Source: an uncultured bacterium (GTDB lineage Bacteria > Oederibacteriota > PGYV01 > CAWJRG01). Taken from it: a stretch of DNA of 64,000 nt. The translations under genes and the position numbers were made by a program. Location: contig CAWJRG010000006.1 of NCBI GenBank assembly GCA_963845185.1, forward strand, positions 64,001 to 128,000, in the 5' to 3' direction. How positions within the stretch are numbered: position 1 is the first letter of the stretch; the number at the start of each line of letters is the position of its first letter. This document shows positions 40,772 through 50,189 of this stretch, in pieces. The notes below the pieces were generated by a model. That model was not told the DNA's origin, ran no database searches, and saw only the letters and a list, made by a program, of their open reading frames with translations.

Positions 40772-42708
40772 GACTGATTTTTAAGCTCTTTTTTTATATA
40801 ATTTATCTTTCCGCCGGCTATTATAATTTCACGCTCGCGCCCGCTTAAAGCGTAATCAAGCGTGATTTCCGTTTTACCGTTTATTTTTGCCTTTATTTTC
40901 AGGCATTCATTCATGGAAGAAACCACATCAAACAACTCCAGTGTATCGCCCTGCTGTATTTTGTCGTAATCGGAAAACCTGGCAAAAATAAGCGGCAAAA
41001 TGCCGAAGTTAATCAGGTTTGCCTTGTGTATGCGGCTGAAAGATTTTGCTATCACAGCTTTCACGCCAAGATATAAAGGCGCAAGGGCCGCATGCTCACG
41101 GCTTGAGCCCTGGCCGTAATTGTCCCCTCCTATTATATACCCGCCTTTTTCCGAAACAGCGCGGTTGTAAAAATCACGGTCAATTTTCGAAAAAACATGT
41201 TTTGATATTTCGGGTATGTTCGAGCGCAAGGGAAGAATTTTCGCGCCTGCAGGCATTATGTCGTCGGTTGTTATGTTGTCTTTCAATTTAATCAGGATTT
41301 TTCCGGATATATTATTTTCAAGCGGTTTTGCCCCGGGCAAAGGTTTGATATTCGGTCCCATTATTATTTTGATTTTATTTCTTTTTGCGGCTGAGAGCGG
41401 CTTTAAAAGAAGGGAATCATCGGCCGGGAATTTGATAAGCGGGCTTATGCCGGGATATTTGCCAAGTTTTTTAGGGTCAGTAATCTCACCGTAAATTGCC
41501 GCTGCAACGGCAACTTCCACGCTCGCGAGCAGGATTCCTGCGTCGGAAGTGCCTGCGCGTCCCTGAAAATTCCTGTTAAAGGTCCGCATTGAAGCGGTAC
41601 CTGAAGCCGGGGCATGGCCCATGCCTATGCACGGCCCGCAGGCTGTTTCTATGACCCTGGCGCCGGATTCGATAAAATAAGACAGGTGTTTATTTTGCAC
41701 GAGCGCGTTCAGGATTGTTTTCGAGCCCGGGGCCACTATGAACGAAACGTCCCTGTGAATTTTACGGGTTTTCAAAATTTCCGCCGCTGTCATTAAGTCC
41801 TTGTAGGAAGAGTTGGTGCAGCTGCCTATAATAACCTGGTTTATTTTATAATTTTTTATCTCTTTTACCAGTTGCACATTATCAGGCGAATGCGGCATGG
41901 CAACCATTGGCTCTATTTTTGAAAGGTCAATTTCAATTATTGAGGAATATTGCGCGCTTTTGTCAGGCAACAGGCTTTTATAATGCTTTGCTCGTCCAAA
42001 GGCTTTTAAAAATTTCAGGGTATTTTCATCCGATGGAAAAAGCGAAGATGTGGCTCCGAGCTCTGCGCCCATGTTCGTTATTGTCGCGCGCTCGGGAACA
42101 GACAGGGATTTTACACCTTCCCCAAAATATTCAAACAGCCTGTTTACACCGCCTTTTACGCTGAGCTTTTTTAAAAGGTAAAGTATCACGTCTTTTGCCG
42201 ACGACCACGCAGGAAGCCTGCCTGATAATTTAACCCCCATAACTTCCGGGCATAACAGGGAATAAGGGTAGCCGATCATGGCAGAAGCAACCTCGAGACC
42301 GCCCACGCCGACAGCAAGCATGCCGATGCCGCCGGCAGTAGGAGTATGGCTGTCGGAACCGATTAAAGTATCGCAGGGCCTCGCGAATCTTTCCAGATGC
42401 ACCTGATGGCAGATGCCGTTGCCGGGTTTTGAAAAATAAAGGCCGTATTTTTCGGCAACAGACTGCAAAAACATATGGTCATCCGCGTTTTCGGAGCCGG
42501 TTTGCAGCGTGTTGTGATCTATATAACTGACAGAAAGTTTTGTGGCGATTTTTGGGACATTAAAATTTAAAAATTCAAGATAAGCCATTGTACCGGTCGC
42601 GTCCTGGGTCAAAGTCTGGTCTATTTTTATGGCTATTTCGCTGCCGGCGGAAAGCTTGCCGGATACAAGATGCCTGCTTGCTATTTTTTCGAACATAGTT
42701 CCTTTCAT
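40768..42708 (-). CDS. aconitate hydratase (about 640-aa type)
   Basis: QDATGT, DHN, GICHQ, DSHT, GSCTN, CGPCIG, NRNF, GSSREHA. Confidence 0.93.
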   Translation of the reverse strand: MKGTMFEKIASRHLVSGKLSAGSEIAIKIDQTLTQDATGTMAYLEFLNFNVPKIATKLSVSYIDHNTLQTGSENADDHMFLQSVAEKYGLYFSKPGNGICHQVHLERFARPCDTLIGSDSHTPTAGGIGMLAVGVGGLEVASAMIGYPYSLLCPEVMGVKLSGRLPAWSSAKDVILYLLKKLSVKGGVNRLFEYFGEGVKSLSVPERATITNMGAELGATSSLFPSDENTLKFLKAFGRAKHYKSLLPDKSAQYSSIIEIDLSKIEPMVAMPHSPDNVQLVKEIKNYKINQVIIGSCTNSSYKDLMTAAEILKTRKIHRDVSFIVAPGSKTILNALVQNKHLSYFIESGARVIETACGPCIGMGHAPASGTASMRTFNRNFQGRAGTSDAGILLASVEVAVAAAIYGEITDPKKLGKYPGISPLIKFPADDSLLLKPLSAAKRNKIKIIMGPNIKPLPGAKPLENNISGKILIKLKDNITTDDIMPAGAKILPLRSNIPEISKHVFSKIDRDFYNRAVSEKGGYIIGGDNYGQGSSREHAALAPLYLGVKAVIAKSFSRIHKANLINFGILPLIFARFSDYDKIQQGDTLELFDVVSSMNECLKIKAKINGKTEITLDYALSGREREIIIAGGKINYIKKELKNQS

Positions 42709-42852
42709 TTTTATACCTCGTTTGAATAATTTTATTTATATTACGGCAAGGGCAGGGAAAAGTAAATATATTTTTTCATTGCCAACAAAATGATTGACTT
42801 TACTACGGTTGTAATATAAAATTTCTAAAACTGTTAAAAAGAGGTATAAAAA

Positions 42853-43413
42853 ATGACTGAATCCATAGCCAATGCCCTGAAAAAAGAAATAGTAATACCG
42901 GAAGTTTTTAAAAGCGCGTTGATGGCAACATTGTTTTCCTACCTTACATTTACCGCAGCCCTGATAAAGATTTACATGCCCGGGAACCCTGTGCCTTTTA
43001 CCATGCAGACTTTTGTTTTATTTATGGCTGTATATTATCTAAGCGCCAAAGAGAACGGCATTTCCCAGCTAATATACGTGGCTGCGGGAATGTTTGGAGC
43101 GCCTGTTTTTGCTGCAGGGCTGACAGGCGCGGTAGCTTTAATCGGGCCGACAGCCGGATACTTAACAGGCTTTATTGTTTCCGGGATTTTGATGTCATAT
43201 ATCATGCGAAAAGCAGGCAAATTAACCTATATAAAAACAGTTTTGATTTTTGCCACAGGCGGGTTTATAATACTGGCGTTCGGAACGCTTCACCTTTATT
43301 TTATCTATAAAATGCCTTTGGATAAGGCGATTATATTGGGATTTTTACCGTTTGCCGCAAGCGATTTTATCAAGATCCTTGCTGCAGCCGGTTTCTACAG
43401 AATAAAAAAATAA
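42853..43413 (+). CDS. bioY: biotin transporter BioY
   Basis: PVPFTMQT, G.PVFA, GPTAGYLTGF, PF..DFIK. Confidence 0.92.
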   Translation: MTESIANALKKEIVIPEVFKSALMATLFSYLTFTAALIKIYMPGNPVPFTMQTFVLFMAVYYLSAKENGISQLIYVAAGMFGAPVFAAGLTGAVALIGPTAGYLTGFIVSGILMSYIMRKAGKLTYIKTVLIFATGGFIILAFGTLHLYFIYKMPLDKAIILGFLPFAASDFIKILAAAGFYRIKK

Positions 43414-43538
43414 TAACATATTTTAACAATCCGGATATTTACGCATTTACTGTGCCCAAAAAGAAAACGGCCAAGTAACAGCGGAATCCAGCAGATAAGA
43501 GACATAGAGTAAAAAAACAAAGGGGTTTTACACAAACC

Positions 43539-45000
43539 GTGGATTATTCCAACAAACTCAGTATTCAGCAGGAACTCAAACAATATTTAAGGTTAACGCC
43601 CGAGATGCGGCTCAGACTGGACGTGCTGCAGGCAACAAGCCTTGAACTCAAGGAAATCCTAAGCAAGGAACTCGAGGAAAACCCTGTCATTGAAGACATT
43701 ATTTATCCGGAGGATGATGTTGAGCCGAGCGGGGAAAAACAGGATAAAAAAGAAGAAACAGAAGAAATAAAGATAAACGACAACAAGGCGCATCTCGAAG
43801 AAATAAACAGCGAAGAGTATGAAAATGTGTTTCCCAAAGACGATTTTGAAAACAAGAGCGGTTACGAGGAGGAATATAACCCGGAATTCGCGAAAATAAG
43901 GGACAGAAAATACAACAATACGCCGGCTGAAGAAAAAAAAGACCTGCAGTCCGAGCTTAAAAGGCAGCTTGACAGCCTTGATATTATGCACGAGGACTAT
44001 GCTGCTGCCGAAATTCTTGTCTCAAACATCGACAGCGACGGATTTTTAACAGAGGATATTGGTACAATATCACTGGCAAGCGGCGTGCAGGAGGCAACAC
44101 TGAATAAAATGCTTGAAGTCATAAAAACATTCGAGCCGGCCGGCGTCGGTGCAAGAAACGTGAGCGAAAGCCTGATGATACAGCTAAGGCAGAAAAACCA
44201 GAAAAGATTCGCTGGCTTATCAAATCGTGGAAAAATATTTCGGCCTTTTGTCAAAAAAAGAATATAAGAAGCTTGCAAGAATATTCAAGGTAAGCGAGCA
44301 GGACATAAAAAAGGCCGAGGAAATAATGAAGGAGCTGTCCCCTTATCCGGGAAGGAACCTTACGAAATACGCAAACGAATATATAGTGCCGGATATAATA
44401 GTAACCGAGGAAGACGGCATATACAGGATAAACATGGCAGGGGACATTCCGGAGATAAAGATAAACAAAGAGTATCTGGAAATGTACAAGGAAAAAAAAG
44501 AAACAAAGGATTTTATAAGGAAATACGAGGCCAGGATAAAAGCCATACTTTCATCAATAGAAGAACGGAATAAAACAACGGTAAAAGTCGTCGGTAAAAT
44601 CCTTGAAATTCAAAGAGATTTTTTGAGCAACGAAATGACGGGCCTGAAGCCGCTCACATTAAAAGAAATTGCCGGCGACGTTGGAGTGCATGAGTCCACA
44701 ATCAGCAGGATAGTGTCGAGAAAATATGTTCAAATGCCGTCGGGGGTTTTCCCTTTAAAAATGTTTTTTTCAGGCAAGCTTGACACTACCGAAGGAGAAG
44801 TTTCCAGCTCCTCAATAAAAGAAAAAATCAAGGGCATGATTGAAAACGAAGATAAAACCAATCCGTTGACCGATATGGAAATATCAGATTCTTTAAATAA
44901 GCAGGGAGTAAATATTTCGAGAAGGACAATTGCGAAATACAGGGATCAGGCTGACATCCCTTCGGCGGGGATGAGGAAAAGATTGAGCATAAAGGATTAA
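43539..45000 (+). pseudogene. rpoN: RNA polymerase sigma-54, split by one frameshift near 44203 (probably a sequencing error)
   Basis: LEENP, EPAGVGAR..ESL, PLTLKEIA..HESTISR, RRTIAKYR RpoN box; removing one A in GAAAAG restores QKDSLAYQIVEKYF. Confidence 0.9.
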
Positions 45001-45056
45001 TTTAATTTTCAAGTCGCCAATCATCTATTTCCAATTTTAAAAATAAAAAAAATAAG

Positions 45057-45084
45057 GTAGAGACACGCCAAGGCGTGTCTCTAC
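45057..45084. repeat. GTAG-family REP-like palindrome
   Basis: GTAGAGACACGCC-aa-GGCGTGTCTCTAC. Confidence 0.65.
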
Positions 45085-45141
45085 AAATAAAAGTAAATAA
45101 CGTCAAGAAACCTTAGTGGGGGAAAATGACGGATGCGGCTG

Positions 45142-45406
45142 GCTCGCTTCAACTCCCAATGAAATGATAATTTTTGGTGCGGATGGTGGGAGTTGACTAC
45201 TACGCCGCTACTTCGCGGCTGCCCTTCGTTTCACTCAGGACAGTCATCTCTAAGACTCGATAAAACCTCGCCTAAGAGGCTGACTGCGTAGTCTCCCCTC
45301 GCTATGCTTTCGCTCGCCGCCGGCTCGCTTTTCACCCAATGGGTGCGCATAGCTCGCTTCAACTCCCAATGATATAATAATTTTTTGGTGCGGATGGTGG
45401 GAGTTG
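45142..45406. repeat. about 55-bp direct repeat (period 210 bp) duplicating the tRNA-Leu 3' end
   Basis: GCTCGCTTCAACTCCCAATGA..TTTTTGGTGCGGATGGTGGGAGTTGA at 45142-45196 and 45352-45406. Confidence 0.85.
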
Positions 45407-45471
45407 AACCCACACACCCTTGCAGGTACTAGAACCTGAATCTAGCGCGTCTGCCATTCCGCCACATCCGC
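45386..45471 (-). tRNA. tRNA-Leu(CAG)
   Basis: GCGGATG/CATCCGC acceptor stem, CTAGA-ttCAGgt-TCTAG, long variable arm, encoded CCA. Confidence 0.95.
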
Positions 45472-45589
45472 ACGGGTATCATTTTTAGCATATAAAATAT
45501 TGAAATGCAACAAAAAATCTTTTATTGAAGTCCGGATTTTACTTAGAAAAGGCTGATTTAAGAGGAGGAACTTTGAAACAATAATAAAT

Positions 45590-45617
45590 GGAACTTATTA
45601 TTATAAGATTTGTCTAA
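45590..45617 (+). promoter_or_regulatory. ECF sigma-like promoter (copy 2)
   Basis: GGAAC-17 bp-GTCTAA upstream of the S53 peptidase. Confidence 0.65.
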
Positions 45618-45652
45618 AATGTTATATAATATACAGGTAAATAAAAAGAGGT

Positions 45653-47926
45653 GTGTTGATGAGGATAAAAGCAGTATTCGGCATTATTTTGGCCGGTGTA
45701 GTCCTGATACCATTGCGGGCTGCTGCGGATAATGCAACTGTTTTGCAGGAGAAACAAATATTGCACGGCCATATTCCGCCGGATGTTGCGTCGGCAAAAC
45801 AGCTTGAAAAACTCGACGGGAAAAAGCGCCTGAAGCTTGTAATAGGACTGCCTCTGCACGACAAACAGGCATTGAAGGAATTCCTCGCTGGTGTCAGCAA
45901 CCCCAAAAGCCCGAATTACCGGCATTACCTCACGTCACAGGAATTTATTGACAAATACTGCGAGACCCGGGAAGAATACGTCAGGGTAAAGGAATTTTTG
46001 AAATCAAAAAATTTAAACATAACAAATACATTTCCTGACAGAATGCTGATAGACGCTGAAGGCGCTGCTTCGGACATAGAAAAAGCATTTAACGTAAATT
46101 TTTATAACTACCGGCGCACCGATAGCACTGTTTTTTACGCGCCGGATACCGAGCCGTCAATAGATTCCGGTATTGCCATCCTGCATATAAGCGGGCTTAG
46201 CAACGCCGGTATTTTAAAGCCTATGGCGCTTACCGGGTCCGGGTTAAACGGGTCTTTTATGGGCCAGGATTTCAGGAATGCTTATGCGCAGGGCGTGCCG
46301 TCATCGCTTATTGGAACCGGACAGATAGTGGGCATATTTGCCATGGATAATTATTATACAAGCGATATCACCGCATACGAACAACTGGCTTCTCTTCCGA
46401 ATGTTCAGATAACAAACAAAATTGTTTACGGCTCACCTGCTACGTTTTACAATTACAACAGCGAGCTGAGCATGGACATTTCTGCTGTAATATCCATGGC
46501 GCAGGGCTGCCAGGTGTATGTATACGAAGCATATTATGACGGCACCCAGGGAGGTTATGACAACATACTTGAGGCCATGGCAGGCGACACCCAGGTCAAT
46601 CAATTTACAAGTTCATTTTCAGTAGCACCGCCGCTGGACATCACAGCGTTGAACAGTTATTTAAAAATAGAGGCTCAGGGGCAGTCATTTTTTCATGCTT
46701 CCGGGGACAGCGGTGCTTATGCCCCGGGTTCAATGGCGGGCTTTGATATTGAACTGCCTGACATTACTATAGTAGGCGGTACCGATTTAACGACAGTGAC
46801 AGGCGGCGGAGCATGGGTCTCTGAAACCGTATGGAACGACTGGTGCGGCGCAAGCGGCGGAGGCATATGCCCGGATATAACTATTCCATATTACCAGCAG
46901 GGAATAATCAATTCCGCAAATGCGCCTTATGTTTCTACTTCATACAGGAACATTCCTGATGTGGCTGCGGTCGCACAGGATGTGTTTATTGTTTACGACA
47001 GCGGGGTTGAGGCCATGGATTGCGGGACCAGCTTCGCATCGCCCCTGTGGGCCGGTTTTTGTGCACTTATAAACCAGGAGGCAGCCATACGCGGAAATTC
47101 GCCTGTAGGGTTTTTAAACCCGGCTATATATGCCATAGGAGAAGGACCGAATTATACAACAGATTTTCACGACATTACAACCGGCAACAACGGTAGCAGC
47201 ACGCAATATCCCGCTGTTACGGGGTATGACCTATGCACAGGATGGGGCTCGCCCAACGGCATGCCGCTTATAAGCGACCTGGCAGGGCCGACACAGTCAG
47301 ACACGCCGACAATAACCCAGACGTACACGGCAACGCCTGTAGTGTCATCAACAGACACGCTGACAGATACGCCTACCTTAACTCAGACAGATACGCCTAC
47401 AATAACGCTGACAGCCACAATGACGCTGACTCAAACAGATACACTTACCCAGACCCAGACATACACACCAACACCGGTATTGTCAGATACAGATACACCT
47501 ACCATTACTTTTACACCCACGCAGACAAACACTTTTACCTGTACGCCGACATTTACAGTATCACCGCAATATTCGCCTACCAGCACCCAAATTGTCACGG
47601 GAAATACAGAGCTTGTAATAAGCAATGTTTTTGTTTATCCAAACCCATTGGAAACAGGGGATGACAAGCTTTACATACGACTGGATGCAACGCATCAGCC
47701 ACAGTCCATAAGCATGAAAATTTACACAGCATCTTTCAGGCTGATAAAAGAAAAAACATGGAGCGCAGATTCCATGGCTTCAATAACCTGGCATTATACT
47801 GTGAATATACCAGCAGGGGAACTAAACAACCTGGGAAACGGGACTTATTATTATGTTCTTACAGCAGAAGACAGCGCTGGTATGCAGGTAAAAAGCAGTA
47901 CAGGAGTGCTTATTGTGTTAAAATAA
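45653..47926 (+). CDS. secreted sedolisin (S53) peptidase with pro-kumamolisin domain, Thr stalk and CTD
   Basis: SPNYRHYLT prodomain; ELSMD, ASGDSG, RNIPDVAA, GTSFASP, GYDLCTGWGSP; CTD YPNP..IYTASFRLI..NGTYYY..LIVLK. Confidence 0.92.
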   Translation: MLMRIKAVFGIILAGVVLIPLRAAADNATVLQEKQILHGHIPPDVASAKQLEKLDGKKRLKLVIGLPLHDKQALKEFLAGVSNPKSPNYRHYLTSQEFIDKYCETREEYVRVKEFLKSKNLNITNTFPDRMLIDAEGAASDIEKAFNVNFYNYRRTDSTVFYAPDTEPSIDSGIAILHISGLSNAGILKPMALTGSGLNGSFMGQDFRNAYAQGVPSSLIGTGQIVGIFAMDNYYTSDITAYEQLASLPNVQITNKIVYGSPATFYNYNSELSMDISAVISMAQGCQVYVYEAYYDGTQGGYDNILEAMAGDTQVNQFTSSFSVAPPLDITALNSYLKIEAQGQSFFHASGDSGAYAPGSMAGFDIELPDITIVGGTDLTTVTGGGAWVSETVWNDWCGASGGGICPDITIPYYQQGIINSANAPYVSTSYRNIPDVAAVAQDVFIVYDSGVEAMDCGTSFASPLWAGFCALINQEAAIRGNSPVGFLNPAIYAIGEGPNYTTDFHDITTGNNGSSTQYPAVTGYDLCTGWGSPNGMPLISDLAGPTQSDTPTITQTYTATPVVSSTDTLTDTPTLTQTDTPTITLTATMTLTQTDTLTQTQTYTPTPVLSDTDTPTITFTPTQTNTFTCTPTFTVSPQYSPTSTQIVTGNTELVISNVFVYPNPLETGDDKLYIRLDATHQPQSISMKIYTASFRLIKEKTWSADSMASITWHYTVNIPAGELNNLGNGTYYYVLTAEDSAGMQVKSSTGVLIVLK

Positions 47927-47993
47927 GGCCATATAACAGGGTGTATTTGCAAGTCTGGTTCAAAAAGCAGGGGATTTTAATGTAATATTTATT

Positions 47994-48021
47994 GGAACTT
48001 TTTGGCATAAAATTTGTCTAA
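47994..48021 (+). promoter_or_regulatory. ECF sigma-like promoter (copy 3)
   Basis: GGAAC-17 bp-GTCTAA. Confidence 0.65.
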
Positions 48022-48127
48022 TTATTAAAGGTTTTTACAATTAAAAGAACTTAAATAGCATATAATTTTATTCAGGGGAGGCGTATGGTTTGCAGTTGAT
48101 TAGAAACAGTAAAAGCCAAAATACGGG

Positions 48128-49924
48128 TTGGAAAAGATGAGTGAGGCATTAATACATATTGCAAGGGATAAAAGACGGTTAAAAAGTATTTTTTTTATCC
48201 TGTTATTAATGTCTTTTTGCCTGCCTGTTCATGCCGATGTATGGGCAGACAGGCACGGTACCACGAGTACAGCAGGTATAGATTCGGGGACAAGATATAA
48301 TCCTTATTCAAACCTAAAACCACCACTTGTTTTATTATGGTCACAGACAAATTGGAACGGGACCAACACTGCCATACAAGAATCCTGTCCTGCAATAGTA
48401 AATGGAATAGTGTATGTGGGTTCTTTTAACGGCAACTTATATGCATGGGACACGTCAACAGGAACACCTATTCCTGGATTTCCTGTCAGTGCAGGAGTGG
48501 GAGTAACTATCTCTTCATCTCCTGCAGTTGTAAATGGAATTGTTTATATAGGAGCATGGAATGGAAACTTATATGCATGGAATGCTACAACAGGGGCAAG
48601 TATTCCGGGATTTCCTGTCGGCACAGGAAACATGATTTGGACTTCATCGCCTGCAGTAGAAAATGGAATTGTATATGTAGGTTCTGAGGATGGAAAATTA
48701 TATGCATGGAACGCATTGACGGGAGCAAGTATTGCGGGATTTCCCGTAAGCACAGGTTTAGTAATTGACTCATCACCCGCAATATCAAACGGCATTGTAT
48801 ATGTAGGTTCAAGTGATGGAAAATTATATGCATGGAACGCATTAACAGGGGCGGGTATTACAGGATTCCCTGTTTCTACAGGAATGTATATCAGATCAAT
48901 GCCGTCAATCGCAAATGGAATTGTATGCGCGTTATCATGGGATACTAATTTTTACGCATGGAACGCGTTGACAGGAGCGATTAGCCCGGGATTTCCTATA
49001 GGTACCGGAGGCCAGGGCGACTCATCCCCGGCAATAGCAAATGGAGTTGTTTGTGTTGAGGGAGGCAACGGAGATTTGTACGCGTGGAATCAGTCAACAG
49101 GAGCAGCTATTTCCGGCTTCCCGGTAGCTTTACCCGGGTCTACCGGATATACGAATACTTCGCCGGCAATAGCAAATGGATATATATATGTAGGCAGCGA
49201 TGCAAATATAGTAAATGCAATTGATATAACAAACGGGAATATCGTATGGCAATACCAATTGCCGTTAAATTGGGGGGATGAGGGATTTGATAATGCCTCG
49301 ACAGCTATTGCTGAAGATAAATTATTTGCAACATCAGACCAGGGAAACGGAATATTTGTGTTTTGCATGCCAAGCCCTACAATAAGCGCAACAATAACGC
49401 CTACATACACAATTTCGCCGACTTATACAATCACAAACACTTATACGTTTACGTTTACTATAACAGAAACATATACTAATACGCCCACTTTTACTATATC
49501 ACCAACCGGCACAATTACGAACACTTATACATCAACTATAACCATATCTCAAACCAATACGATTACAATAACACAAACACTGACACCTACGGCAAGCATG
49601 ACATGTACAATAACCGTAACGCCCACATCGGTAATACCATTTTGCCTTACATTATATAAAAATTCGCCCAACCCATGTTTAAACGGAACGAATATAATTT
49701 ATCAATTGTGCGACGAGGCAGAAGTTAATGTAAAAATATACACAATAAGCGGCGAGGTTGTGGTGGAGTTAACACAACAGGGGCAGCCTGGAATGAACAG
49801 CATATACTGGGACACCAAAAACAAAGCAGGCAGGGGTGTGGCGAGCGGAACATTTATTTACAGCATAGAGGCAGTTGGAAAGTCAAAGCAAAAGGCTTGG
49901 GGAAAGATGGCGGTGGTGAAATGA
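48128..49924 (+). CDS. secreted 8-blade PQQ/BamB-like propeller protein with Thr stalk and CTD
   Basis: paralog of the 395 N-terminus (DVWADRHGT..SGTRYNP); CTD KNSPNPC..IYTISGE..WGKMAVVK; start could be ATG 48137. Confidence 0.86.
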   Translation: MEKMSEALIHIARDKRRLKSIFFILLLMSFCLPVHADVWADRHGTTSTAGIDSGTRYNPYSNLKPPLVLLWSQTNWNGTNTAIQESCPAIVNGIVYVGSFNGNLYAWDTSTGTPIPGFPVSAGVGVTISSSPAVVNGIVYIGAWNGNLYAWNATTGASIPGFPVGTGNMIWTSSPAVENGIVYVGSEDGKLYAWNALTGASIAGFPVSTGLVIDSSPAISNGIVYVGSSDGKLYAWNALTGAGITGFPVSTGMYIRSMPSIANGIVCALSWDTNFYAWNALTGAISPGFPIGTGGQGDSSPAIANGVVCVEGGNGDLYAWNQSTGAAISGFPVALPGSTGYTNTSPAIANGYIYVGSDANIVNAIDITNGNIVWQYQLPLNWGDEGFDNASTAIAEDKLFATSDQGNGIFVFCMPSPTISATITPTYTISPTYTITNTYTFTFTITETYTNTPTFTISPTGTITNTYTSTITISQTNTITITQTLTPTASMTCTITVTPTSVIPFCLTLYKNSPNPCLNGTNIIYQLCDEAEVNVKIYTISGEVVVELTQQGQPGMNSIYWDTKNKAGRGVASGTFIYSIEAVGKSKQKAWGKMAVVK

Positions 49925-50037
49925 AATTCAAGATTCAGAATGGGAAGTGGGAGAACACGCTGGTCAATATTGAAGTTCAGCGCTTGCTGGAGAAAGGCTG
50001 ATTTTAAGAAACAGTGGTTTTTAATGCAATAATTATT

Positions 50038-50065
50038 GAAACTTTTTAGCATATAATTTGTCTAA
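50038..50065 (+). promoter_or_regulatory. ECF sigma-like promoter (copy 4)
   Basis: GAAAC-17 bp-GTCTAA; flanks homologous to 47971-48035. Confidence 0.55.
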
Positions 50066-50189
50066 ATAATAAAGGTTTATATAAAAATTTATTGCCAAAA
50101 TTAAGCCTAAATGGTGTATAATTGTTTCGATAATAATATAGTTTGTAGCTGATTATAAGCAGGAGAAATTAAAATACAGGAGGGTTATT

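Noticed and set aside
42779..42815. BirA operator upstream of bioY
   Set aside because: Half-sites are imperfect and the spacing (about 21 bp) is longer than the usual 15-16 bp
44195..44210. Programmed frameshift or phase variation in rpoN and the ligase genes
   Set aside because: The tracts are only 2-4 nt, with no slippery heptamer or long simple repeat; sequencing error is more parsimonious
45142..45406. Prophage or genomic island integrated at tRNA-Leu
   Set aside because: The repeats enclose only about 155 bp and no integrase is present; kept only as a mini-element or scar
48002..48018. sigma-54 promoter TTGGCATAAAATTTGT
   Set aside because: The -12 element reads GT rather than the invariant GC, and the other three copies lack the -24 GG; the ECF-type reading fits all four
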